DNA from: Arthrobacter sp. | Lineage (GTDB): Bacteria > Actinomycetota > Actinomycetes > Actinomycetales > Micrococcaceae | Reading direction: 5' to 3' | DNA: 64,000 nucleotides | NCBI GenBank assembly: GCA_029257465.1 | Contig: JARIBG010000187.1 | Coordinates: 1,421 to 65,420 of the forward strand | Shown here: positions 40,720 to 51,497 of the stretch, piece after piece | Layout of the letters: every line of letters starts with the position of its first letter | Numbering within the stretch: the stretch's first letter is position 1 | Position numbers and translations under genes: made by a program | The notes under the pieces: generated by a model | What the model was told of the DNA's origin: nothing | The model's database searches: none | Seen by the model: the letters and a program-made list of their open reading frames with translations, nothing else

Positions 40720-41304
40720 CCCACTGTCCGGAGCCGAATGGCGGGCAGCGCCGGTTGTTCCCGTTGTTCGGGGCTGAAGAGTGGGCAGGGGCACGTTTGC
40801 GACACGGGTCAGGCGTCAATCCCGTTGGTGGCGAGCGTGTCGTGGGAAAGAACGGTTCTTCCCGTTGGTGGAGCCCGAATGGTGGGATCGGCGGCAGAAT
40901 CACGTAGCGAACACCTTGAGCGTGGACACTGAGGTACGACGTCGAAGGTGCGGTGCCCAGGGAATGCGGTCGTCGTAGTACGCGTAGCCGTTGCCGGTTC
41001 TCTCGATGATGGGCGGGCGTGGGGCGGACTGCGTGGTCGTGCCCATCGCCCACCGCGCGGGGAGTGCCTGCAGGGCGGCATGAAGCCGGTTGATGTGTTG
41101 AAGTGGTCGCCGATCCCACTGTTCGGGGCTGCAGAGTGGGGGAGGGGCACCCAGCGTGGATGGACGTCCCGCCGATCCCACTGATGGCGCTCGAAGGGTG
41201 GGCAGGAGCCAGCTTGATGTGCTGAAGTCGTCGCCGATCCCACTGTTCACGGCCAAGTAGTGGGAGCCATTGATTGTGCCCGCTGTTCGGGCTCGGATAG
41301 TGGG
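40720..41304. repeat. Array of eight degenerate 26-bp units CCCRYTG-N14-GYGGG
   Basis: Units start at 40720, 40760, 40821, 40861, 41115, 41177, 41239, 41279; each exactly 26 bp; periods 40 or 61-62 within each cluster. Confidence 0.8.
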
Positions 41305-41390
41305 AGCGGTGACGCCAGGCTCGAAGACGCCCCCCGCCCGAACTGCGCCCGTTCTGATGCAGCCACTCCCTGCCCCGTGCCGGACAATGT

Positions 41391-41456
41391 CGACCCGACC
41401 GACCAACCAATCAGCCGACCGGACCCACCAGCCGACCAGCCGACCGGACCGACCTG
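41391..41456. repeat. Low-complexity (GACC)-rich microsatellite
   Basis: gacccgaccgaccaaccaatcagccgaccggacc...gaccagccgaccggaccgacc. Confidence 0.65.
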
Positions 41457-41471
41457 ACACCAGGCACGGGG

Positions 41472-42323
41472 TCAGGGAGCGGGCGCACTCTCCGGGCGGG
41501 CGGAGAGGATCTCGGTACGGACCAGGGACCGGTCGTAGGCGATCCGCCCCTCGTTCTCCAGGATCATGGTCTCCGCAACCTCCTCGCCGGTACGCTTGTC
41601 GCGTTCGATCCGGTATACGCGATTGTGGCGGAACACCTCGCCGTCCTTCTCGTAGAAGTAGGCGTCGCGCTCCCGGATGTGGAACTTCATGGGCAGCTCG
41701 GTGTCCGCCAACAACTCTCCCCGCAGGTGTTCGTCCGTGGTCCAGGTGCGGAACTGGAAGGTGTACGGCGTCCGGTTCTCCACCTGGTAGTCGAGGTAGT
41801 TGAAGGCGATCGACGTCCCGGTACCCCAGGGGATCTGCCGGTTGAAATCCGGGAACAGATCGAGTCCGTTGTGGTGGTGATGCTCCACCACGGTGAGCGG
41901 GCTGTGCAGCACCATCCAGTGCAGCAGATTGGTGAACTGGCACATTCCTCCGCCCACTCCGCGTGCCGGCTTGCCGTTGCTGATCGTCATACCCTCCCGG
42001 TACCCATCCTTGACGGAGCAACGGCCGGCCAGGTGCCAGAAGGAGAACCGTTCTCCTGGAGCGATGACGATCCCGTCGATCTTCGGGGCCGTCAGTCCCA
42101 GACTCACGGCTTTGTTGTCCTGGAGTTCGGTGTCCACGTTGCCGAGTCTGCGCCGGATGAGCGAGTTGTGCCGGTACACCGTCACGGGCAGTGACTCGGC
42201 TGTGCGGCGCGTGGTGAGCCGCTTACCTCGCCGGAGGTTCCTCAGATGCCGTAGCAGGATCATGCGCTCCATCGCGATCCGGTAGGTCAGCGGCGAGATT
42301 TCACCGAAAAGCCGTCGAGCCAT
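41472..42323 (-). CDS. VanW-family protein
   Basis: 'NK..L..IDG..I.PGE.FSFW', 'GY.EG', 'GGG.CQ..N', 'E.H.H', 'NYLD'. Confidence 0.88.
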   Translation of the reverse strand: MARRLFGEISPLTYRIAMERMILLRHLRNLRRGKRLTTRRTAESLPVTVYRHNSLIRRRLGNVDTELQDNKAVSLGLTAPKIDGIVIAPGERFSFWHLAGRCSVKDGYREGMTISNGKPARGVGGGMCQFTNLLHWMVLHSPLTVVEHHHHNGLDLFPDFNRQIPWGTGTSIAFNYLDYQVENRTPYTFQFRTWTTDEHLRGELLADTELPMKFHIRERDAYFYEKDGEVFRHNRVYRIERDKRTGEEVAETMILENEGRIAYDRSLVRTEILSARPESAPAP

Positions 42324-42451
42324 TGAAGTACCCCCTGGTTCAGCTGATCGACCGGCACCGGCAGAGGTGGGGTCGTGTCCTCGGAAAACAGTACTACCGG
42401 TGCTCCTCAGTGAGGTGCACCGGTAGCACTGGGCGTTCAGGGGGATGGGAG

Positions 42452-44140
42452 TCAGGCGTCGACGACGATGGCCGTGACCACCGGCTGCCGGTTGTAGAAG
42501 CGGCGCATCCAGTTGGCCGTGGCCCGCTCGATGATCTCCTCGGGATCCTGCTTGCGGCCGCCCTGACGGTTCGAGGCAGCATCACGCAGGGCCTTCTCGA
42601 CGGCGGCACCGGCCTTGTCCAGGTCCTCGTTCGAGCAGGAGAAGCCCTTGGTGAAGAACTCGGGAGCCTCGACGATGTCGCCGTTGTCCGGGTCGATGAT
42701 CGCCAGGACGGTGACAACGCCCTCCTCCGCGAGACGGCGGCGCTCACGCAGATCCTCCTCGGTGATGCCGCCGACGCTGTCGCCGTCGACGAACACGAGG
42801 CCGGCGTCCACCTTGCCCGAGAGCGTGGCGCGTCCGCGCGCGAGATCGACGGTCACGCCGTCCTGCGCGATGACCACGTTGCGGGGATCGACGCCGGTGG
42901 AGACCGCGATCTCCGAGTTCGCACGCAGATGCCGCCACTCGCCGTGCACGGGCATGACGTTGCGGGGCTTGACGATGTTGTAGCAGTAGGCGAGCTCGCC
43001 CGCGCTGGCGTGCCCGGAGACATGCACCTTCGCGTTGCCCTTGTGCACCACGTTCGCGCCGATCTCGGTGAGCGCGTTGATGATGCCGTAGATGGCGTTC
43101 TCGTTGCCGGGAATGAGCGAACTGGCCAGCAGCACGGTGTCGCCCTCGGCGATCCGGATGGCGTGGTCCTTGTTCGCCATGCGGGACAGGGCGGCCATCG
43201 GCTCACCCTGCGAGCCGGTGCAGATGAGGACCACCTTGTGGTCGTCGCTGCGCTCGAGCTTCCTGAAGTCGACGAGGAGTCCCTGCGGAATGGTCAGGTA
43301 GCCCAGCTCCGCGGCGATGGTCATGTTGCGCACCATCGACCGGCCCACGAAGGCGACCTTGCGCTTGTGCCGGTGCGCGGTGTCGATGATCTGCTGGATG
43401 CGGTGGATGTGGCTCGCGAAGCTCGAGACGATGATGCGGCGCGGCGCGGTGCGGAACACCGCGTCGATGGCCGGGGCCAGGTCCTTCTCCGAGGTGGTGA
43501 AACCCGGGACATCGGCGTTGGTCGAGTCGGTGAGGAACAGATCCACGCCCTCGGCCCCGAGACGTGCGAAGGCGCCTAGGTCGGTGATGCGCCGGTCCAG
43601 GGGGAACTGGTCCATCTTGAAGTCGCCCGTGTGCAACACCATGCCGGCCGCAGTGCGGATGGCGACGGCGAGGCTGTCGGGGATGGAGTGGTTGACGGCG
43701 ACGAACTCCAGATCGAAGCCCTCGATGGTGCGCCGGTCGCCCTCCTTGACCTGGACGGTCTTCGGCGTGATGCGGTGCTCCTTGAGCTTCGCCTCGATGA
43801 AGGCGAGGGTCAGCCGCGATCCGACCAGGGGGATGTCCGCGCGTTCCTTCAGCAGGTAGGGGATGCCGCCGATATGATCCTCGTGCCCGTGGGTGAGGAC
43901 CACGGCGACGACGTCGTCGAGACGCTCGCGGATGTAGGAGAAATCGGGGAGGATCACGTTGATCCCCGGCTGGTGGTCCTCGGGGAACAGGACGCCGCAG
44001 TCGACGATCAGCAGTTTGCCGTCGAACTCGAAGACGGTCATGTTTCTGCCGATCTCACCGATCCCACCGAGTGCGACGATGCGCATGGCTCCCTTGGCCA
44101 GTTCCCGTGGTGCTTTCAGTGCAGCAGGTCGTTTATTCAC
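42452..44140 (-). CDS. rnj: Ribonuclease J (beta-CASP metallo-beta-lactamase)
   Basis: LGGIGEIGRNM, THGHEDHIG, HTGDFK, TGSQGEP, HVSGH, PVHGE. Confidence 0.95.
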   Translation of the reverse strand: MNKRPAALKAPRELAKGAMRIVALGGIGEIGRNMTVFEFDGKLLIVDCGVLFPEDHQPGINVILPDFSYIRERLDDVVAVVLTHGHEDHIGGIPYLLKERADIPLVGSRLTLAFIEAKLKEHRITPKTVQVKEGDRRTIEGFDLEFVAVNHSIPDSLAVAIRTAAGMVLHTGDFKMDQFPLDRRITDLGAFARLGAEGVDLFLTDSTNADVPGFTTSEKDLAPAIDAVFRTAPRRIIVSSFASHIHRIQQIIDTAHRHKRKVAFVGRSMVRNMTIAAELGYLTIPQGLLVDFRKLERSDDHKVVLICTGSQGEPMAALSRMANKDHAIRIAEGDTVLLASSLIPGNENAIYGIINALTEIGANVVHKGNAKVHVSGHASAGELAYCYNIVKPRNVMPVHGEWRHLRANSEIAVSTGVDPRNVVIAQDGVTVDLARGRATLSGKVDAGLVFVDGDSVGGITEEDLRERRRLAEEGVVTVLAIIDPDNGDIVEAPEFFTKGFSCSNEDLDKAGAAVEKALRDAASNRQGGRKQDPEEIIERATANWMRRFYNRQPVVTAIVVDA

Positions 44141-44577
44141 AGATCAGAATTCTCTCGTTGATGAGCCGAAGCGGGCCGGGGCTCGTCGACAGTGTCTCGT
44201 CGAGGGCGGCAGGCCCGGCGATCGAGCTCGGATGGTCCCGGGTATCCGCCGGGAGATACTCCTATCAAGAGTACGTGGTCCTGCCGCTAACCACAGGATC
44301 GAGGGTGAGGGCGGGGAATAGGCCGACCCTGGAAGACCCTGCCGAGCTGGGGCACCGCGACCACAGGACGCTGCAGGCCGATCGCCTGGCTGGAAATGCC
44401 ACGGGGAAAGCGGCCGACGCCGGCGCCGGACGTATCGCTGGACGCACCATTGGGCATGGCGCCGGAAATAAGGCGGCTTCGCCGATGGTTCTACACTGAT
44501 ATGGCCCGCAAGCATATCCCGCTGCAGGCACCACTCAACCTGCAGCGGACAGGAACGACGCTGCGGGCATCACCTGA

Positions 44578-46128
<1,551 letters not shown>

Positions 46129-46173
46129 CCACTTCCGTTCCCCATCCGCCCTTCCCGACGCAGGAGGTGCCTC

Positions 46174-48003
46174 GTGAGCGGCCTCCCGCAGCCCGAGGCC
46201 AATGCCCGCCGCAGGATCCGCGTCCGTCCGTACGCGCACGCCGTCGGACAGGTGCTGGCCGTCAGCGCCAAGGCATCTCCTGGCGCCGTCGCCATGAAGC
46301 TCGGCGGCTCGCTCATCTCGGCGGTACTGCCGCTCGTGACCACCTATTTCGCGGCCCTGACGACGACGGCGCTCGCCGATGCCTACGCGGGCGAGGCCGA
46401 CGCCGGTCAGTCGGCCATCCTCTACGTGATCATCACGGTGGTGCTCGGCCTCCTGTGGGGAGCGTTCACGAGCGTGGACCGCTACATCCAGCAGGTCCTG
46501 AGCTTCCGGGTCGGGGCGATCGTCGGGGACCGGATGTACGAGCGTTTCCTGGCCCTGGAGTTCTGGCGCTACGACGACAAGGAGACGGTGGATCTCTACG
46601 ACCGCGCCCGCCGCTTCTCCGACTCCTACGCCCGCGTCCTCGACCGCATCGCGGCGATCTTCACGCAACTGGTGTCCGTGGTCCTCGCCATCGGCGCGCT
46701 GCTCCTGGTCAGCTGGTGGATCGCGCTGATCGTCCTCGTGGCGATCATTCCCAGCGTCTATCTCCAGTTCCGGCTCTCACGCGAGCAGATAGCGCACTGG
46801 AACACACAGATCGACTCCCGCCGGCAGCGGCGCATGATCGAGACGAATCTGATGAAGCCCCAGAACATCGCCGAGATGCGCCTCTACGGGATCGTCCGCT
46901 ACCTCATGGACCTGCGCTCCACCCTGCGCGACGTCGATGAGAAGCGCCGGCTCGATTTCCAGAAGCGCTACATCCCCAAACAGCTCCTGGCCGACGCGCT
47001 GCAGTACGGCGCTCAACTGGCGGCGCTGGTATGGGTCGTGGGCCAGATCATCGCGCGCGCCCAGCCGGTGGGTCAGTTCCTCTACGTCCAGCAGATCGTC
47101 AGCAGGGCGCTGACCACCGCGAACAGTCTCGTCTCGTCGCTGAGCTCCATCGACGAGGACCTGGCGAATCTGAAGGACTACGAGCAGTTCATGGACTTCC
47201 CGCTGTCCACCACCGCCACGGGCAGGCTGGACGGGCCGCCGTCCGTCGTCGACCTCCGGGACATCCACTTCACCTACACGGGCTCTGAGGCGGAGGTGCT
47301 CAAGGGCATCTCGATGTCGTTCGAGCGGGGCACGCACGTGGCCATCGTGGGGGAGAACGGCGCCGGTAAATCGACCCTCGTGAGGATCCTCGCCGGGCTG
47401 TACCAGCCGAGCGCGGGCGCGGTCCTGCTCGACGGCCGCGATCTGCACGACATCCGCATCGACGACTGGCACGAGCATCTGGCGGTCATGTCCCAGGACT
47501 TCCTGCGCTACGAGTTCGCCACCGCCGCCAACAACATCTACTTCGGTGATGTCCACGGCCCGCGCGACGACGACCGTGTGCGCCGGGCCGCCCAGGACGC
47601 CGAGGCCGCGGAGTTCATCGAGAAGCTGCCCAGCGGCTTCGAGAACTACGTCAGCAACTGGATGGAGGACCCTCGTGGGCGCAAGGGCAGCGGACTGTCC
47701 GGGGGGCAGTGGCAGCGCCTCGCGATGGCCCGCAACTTCTACCGGGATGCACCGTTCGTCGTCATGGACGAGCCGACGTCGGCCATCGACGCGCTCGCCG
47801 AGCACCGCATCTTCTCGCAGCTCTTCGCGGACCGCTCGCGGACCATCATCGCGATCAGTCACCGGCTCGCCACCATCGAGAAGGCGGACATCGTGTACAT
47901 GCTGGAGGACGGCAGGATCGTCGAGTCCGGCACCCATCGCGAACTCGTGGCACTACGGGGCCGGTACTACCGCATGTTCGAGAGCCAGTTGCCGGAGGCC
48001 TGA
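46174..48003 (+). CDS. ABC exporter, fused TMD-ATPase
   Basis: GENGAGKS, LSGGQWQR, DEPTSAID, SHR. Confidence 0.88.
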   Translation: MSGLPQPEANARRRIRVRPYAHAVGQVLAVSAKASPGAVAMKLGGSLISAVLPLVTTYFAALTTTALADAYAGEADAGQSAILYVIITVVLGLLWGAFTSVDRYIQQVLSFRVGAIVGDRMYERFLALEFWRYDDKETVDLYDRARRFSDSYARVLDRIAAIFTQLVSVVLAIGALLLVSWWIALIVLVAIIPSVYLQFRLSREQIAHWNTQIDSRRQRRMIETNLMKPQNIAEMRLYGIVRYLMDLRSTLRDVDEKRRLDFQKRYIPKQLLADALQYGAQLAALVWVVGQIIARAQPVGQFLYVQQIVSRALTTANSLVSSLSSIDEDLANLKDYEQFMDFPLSTTATGRLDGPPSVVDLRDIHFTYTGSEAEVLKGISMSFERGTHVAIVGENGAGKSTLVRILAGLYQPSAGAVLLDGRDLHDIRIDDWHEHLAVMSQDFLRYEFATAANNIYFGDVHGPRDDDRVRRAAQDAEAAEFIEKLPSGFENYVSNWMEDPRGRKGSGLSGGQWQRLAMARNFYRDAPFVVMDEPTSAIDALAEHRIFSQLFADRSRTIIAISHRLATIEKADIVYMLEDGRIVESGTHRELVALRGRYYRMFESQLPEA

Positions 48004-48048
48004 GCACGGGCCGCCGGGCGGCGATGCGCACTGGGCTAATCTGGACCA

Positions 48049-49188
48049 GTGACTTACGAGATCGAGATCGGCCTGGCCAAGCGCGGACGCAGGGCATATT
48101 CGCTGGACGACGTGGCGGTGGTGCCCTCCCGACGGACCCGTGACCCGCTCGACGTCTCGGTGTCCTGGCAGATCGACGCCTACCAGTTCGAGATGCCCGT
48201 GGTCGCGGCGCCCATGGATTCGGCGATGTCCCCGGCCACCGCGATCGCCATGGGCCGGCTCGGGGGACTGGGGGTGCTCAACCTCGAGGGGCTGTGGACC
48301 CGCTACGAGGATCCGCAGCCCGTCCTGGACGAGATCGCTGGTCTGAGCACCGAGCGCTTCAGCCCAGCGGCGACGCGCCGGCTGCAGGAGATCTACGAGG
48401 CGCCGATCCAGGCCGGACTCATCACGAGCCGACTCGCGGAGATCCGCGAGGCCGGGGTCACCGTGGCGGGCTCGTTGACCCCGCAGCGCACCCAGCAGTT
48501 CTACCGGACGGTCCTCGCCGCCGGCGTCGACATCTTCGTGATCCGGGGCACCACGGTCTCGGCGGAGCACGTGTCGAAGAACGCGGAGCCGCTGGATCTG
48601 AAGACGTTCATCTACGAACTCGACGTGCCCGTGATCGTCGGCGGGGCCGCAGGTTATACGCCCGCCCTGCACCTGATGCGCACCGGCGCGGCAGGCGTCC
48701 TGGTCGGCTTCGGCGGAGGCGCGACGACGACGACCCGCCGCGCTCTGGGCATCCACTCGCCGCTCGCCTCGGCCATCGCCGACGTGGCCGGTGCACGCCG
48801 GGACTACCTGGACGAGTCCGGTGGTCGCTACGTCCACGTGATCGCCGACGGCGGGATGGGCGCCAGCGGCGACATCGTCAAGGCCATCGCCATGGGTGCC
48901 GACGCCGTCATGCTGGGCTCCGCGCTGGCACGCGCCGAGGAGGCGCCCGGCAAGGGCTGGCACTGGGGCCAGGAGGCACACCACGGCGAACTGCCGCGCG
49001 GCGACCGGGTCGACATCGGCACCGTCGGGCCGCTCCGCGAGGTCCTGTGGGGTCCGTCCCACCACACCGACGGGACATCGAACCTGATCGGTGCCCTCCG
49101 GCGCGCCATGGCCACCACCGGCTACTCGGATCTCAAGGAGTTCCAGCGTGTGGAAGTGGTCCTCTCGCCCTACGCCTCGGTCGACTGA
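48049..49188 (+). CDS. guaB3: GuaB3-family IMPDH-related protein
   Basis: VPSRRTRD, LMRTGAAGVLVG, GGRYVHVIADGG; lacks the GSIC catalytic Cys motif. Confidence 0.93.
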   Translation: MTYEIEIGLAKRGRRAYSLDDVAVVPSRRTRDPLDVSVSWQIDAYQFEMPVVAAPMDSAMSPATAIAMGRLGGLGVLNLEGLWTRYEDPQPVLDEIAGLSTERFSPAATRRLQEIYEAPIQAGLITSRLAEIREAGVTVAGSLTPQRTQQFYRTVLAAGVDIFVIRGTTVSAEHVSKNAEPLDLKTFIYELDVPVIVGGAAGYTPALHLMRTGAAGVLVGFGGGATTTTRRALGIHSPLASAIADVAGARRDYLDESGGRYVHVIADGGMGASGDIVKAIAMGADAVMLGSALARAEEAPGKGWHWGQEAHHGELPRGDRVDIGTVGPLREVLWGPSHHTDGTSNLIGALRRAMATTGYSDLKEFQRVEVVLSPYASVD

Positions 49189-49230
49189 TCACGCGGGACC
49201 CGAGGACGAACCTGCTGCGAAAGGTACACC

Positions 49231-49722
49231 GTGAGCGATGCGTTCCCCGATCTGTACGATGTGGAACTCACCACGGCCGAGCTCGTGATCCTGGAAATGG
49301 AGGCGTCCTCGAAGGAGGACGCCGCCGCGCAGCTCGCCGAACGCCTCCACCGTGCCGGGCGCATCTCCGACCTCGACGGGTTCCTCGGCCAGGTCAACGC
49401 CCGCGAGCACCAGCTGGCTACGGGACTGCCCGGCGGGGTGGGTCTGCCGCACGCCCGCAGCGAGTACGTGACCCGGACCTCGATCGCCGTCGGTGTGACC
49501 CGCTTCGGCTACAGCATCGACTTCGGCGCCGTGGACGGACCGGCCACCCTCGTGCTCCTCATGGCCACCCCCGCGCAGTCCTTCTCGGAGCACCTCGAAG
49601 TGCTGGCCACCACGGCCCGGAGCCTGTTCAAGGAGAACTTCCGGGATTCCCTGCGCCGCGCTCACGACGCCGAGGTGATCGCGGAACTGATCAACTCCTC
49701 GCTGGTGTTCTTCGACCACTAG
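49231..49722 (+). CDS. Standalone PTS EIIA (fructose/Ntr-type) domain protein
   Basis: RE..TG..GVGLPHAR (phospho-His), DFGA.DGP, HL.VLA. Confidence 0.88.
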   Translation: MSDAFPDLYDVELTTAELVILEMEASSKEDAAAQLAERLHRAGRISDLDGFLGQVNAREHQLATGLPGGVGLPHARSEYVTRTSIAVGVTRFGYSIDFGAVDGPATLVLLMATPAQSFSEHLEVLATTARSLFKENFRDSLRRAHDAEVIAELINSSLVFFDH

Positions 49723-49751
49723 CGCTGTGGTTCAGCCAGGATCACGAGTGC

Positions 49752-51497
49752 TCACTCGCTCCGCCACGAGTTCCACAGCGAGGCGTAGGCACCCTCCAGC
49801 GCGAGCAGCTCCTCGTGCGAGCCGAGTTCGATGATGCGCCCCTCCTCCACGACGGCCACCCGGTCGGCGTCGTGGGCCGTGTGCAGGCGGTGGGCGATCG
49901 CGATGACGGTACGGCCCTCCAGCACGGCGTTCAGCGAGCGCTCGAGATCCCGGGCGGCCTGCGGATCGATCAGTGACGTGGCCTCGTCGAGTACCAGCGT
50001 GTGCGGATCGGCGAGGATCAGCCGCGCCAGGGCGAGCTCCTGCGCCTGAGCCGGGGTCAGCTCGTGGGCCCCGGAGCCCACCTCCGTTCCCATCCCCTCG
50101 GGCAACTGCTTGACCCAGTCGAGCGCTCCCACACTGCGCAGCGCCTCCTCGATCTCGGCGTCGGGCGCATCCGCCCTCCCCAGGCGCACGTTGTCCGAGA
50201 CGGAGCCCACGAACACATGGTGCTCCTGCGTCACGAGAGCCACCTCACGGCGTAGATCGTCGAGCGGGCGATCCACGAGGGGCACGCCCCCCACCGTGAC
50301 GGAGCCCGACGTCGGCGGATGGATCCCCGCGATGAGGCGTCCCAGCGTGGACTTCCCGGCGCCCGACGGACCGACGACGGCGAGGCGTTCGCCCCGCACG
50401 AGGGTGAGATCGACGTCGTGCAGCACAGTGTGACCCGGGCGGTAGGCGTAGCTGGCCCCCGCGACCACGATGTCGTCGTCGACCGGCTCCGCCGTCGTCG
50501 CCGTGCGGTCCGGTTCCACGTCCTTGATGCCCACGATCCGCGCAAGCGAGGCAGCGCCGACCTGGATCTCGTCGGTCCACATGATGAGCAGATCCACCGG
50601 GTCGATCAATCGGACGGCGAACAGGGCCACGGTGGCCACCGCGCCCGGCGTGACGATGCCCTGCCCGGCGAGCCAGCCGCCCCAGAGCAGAACCGCCGCC
50701 GCGGGCAGCCAGAAGGCGATGTCCGCGGCAGGGAAGAGGACCGAGCGCAGCCACAGCGTGTACCGCTCCGCGCGGAAGCTCTCGGTGATGGCACCGTCGA
50801 GTTCCTTGCGACGCAGCGCGCCCAGACCGAGGGCGTCGACGGTCCGGGCGCCCTCGATGGTCTCGGTGATGGTCCCGTTGACGACGGCGTAGGTCTCGCG
50901 CTCTCGCATGTAGCCGCGGGCGCTGCGCTTGAGGTACCAGCGGGTCACGATCCACAGCAGCGGCAGGCCCACGAGCAGGGCCAGGGACAGGACGGGGGAG
51001 GTGACGACGGCGACGCCGAGCGTGAGGAGGATGGTCACGACCGACACGACGACCTGCGGCACGCCGAAACGCACGGTGTGGGACACCGCGTCGATGTCGT
51101 TCGTGGTGCGTGCCACGAGATCGCCCGTTCCGGCCTTCTCCACGGTGGACAGCGGCAGCGCCGTCATGTCCTGCATGAAGTCCTCGCGCAGTTCGGCGAA
51201 GACCCGCTCGCCGAAGACCATGCCCGAGCGCACGGCGAAGCGGCGCAGCACCGACTGCACGATGAGGAAGCCGAGCATGGCGAGGGACACCAGGGCGACG
51301 AAGCCCGTGGTGGTGCCCGCGGACAGGGCGTCGATGAGCTCGCCGAGCAGCAGGGGCCCGGCGAGACCGGCCACGGCCGAGCCGACGTAGAGGCCGATGA
51401 CGAGCCCGAGCCCGCGTCGATGGCGGCGGATCAGGCGCGTGGTTTCACCACGGACCGATGGCGCGTCCGCGACGGGGAGTCTGGTGGTGTTACTCAC
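49752..51497 (-). CDS. Heterodimeric ABC exporter subunit
   Basis: GPSGAGKS, degenerate signature LTPAQAQ, LDEATS, AHRL. Confidence 0.9.
   Translation of the reverse strand: MSNTTRLPVADAPSVRGETTRLIRRHRRGLGLVIGLYVGSAVAGLAGPLLLGELIDALSAGTTTGFVALVSLAMLGFLIVQSVLRRFAVRSGMVFGERVFAELREDFMQDMTALPLSTVEKAGTGDLVARTTNDIDAVSHTVRFGVPQVVVSVVTILLTLGVAVVTSPVLSLALLVGLPLLWIVTRWYLKRSARGYMRERETYAVVNGTITETIEGARTVDALGLGALRRKELDGAITESFRAERYTLWLRSVLFPAADIAFWLPAAAVLLWGGWLAGQGIVTPGAVATVALFAVRLIDPVDLLIMWTDEIQVGAASLARIVGIKDVEPDRTATTAEPVDDDIVVAGASYAYRPGHTVLHDVDLTLVRGERLAVVGPSGAGKSTLGRLIAGIHPPTSGSVTVGGVPLVDRPLDDLRREVALVTQEHHVFVGSVSDNVRLGRADAPDAEIEEALRSVGALDWVKQLPEGMGTEVGSGAHELTPAQAQELALARLILADPHTLVLDEATSLIDPQAARDLERSLNAVLEGRTVIAIAHRLHTAHDADRVAVVEEGRIIELGSHEELLALEGAYASLWNSWRSE

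Noticed and set aside
40720-41304. 26-bp repeat array as a CRISPR array
   Set aside because: Repeat cores are too degenerate, gaps alternate between 14 and 35-36 bp and some resemble each other, and there is no cas gene or leader.
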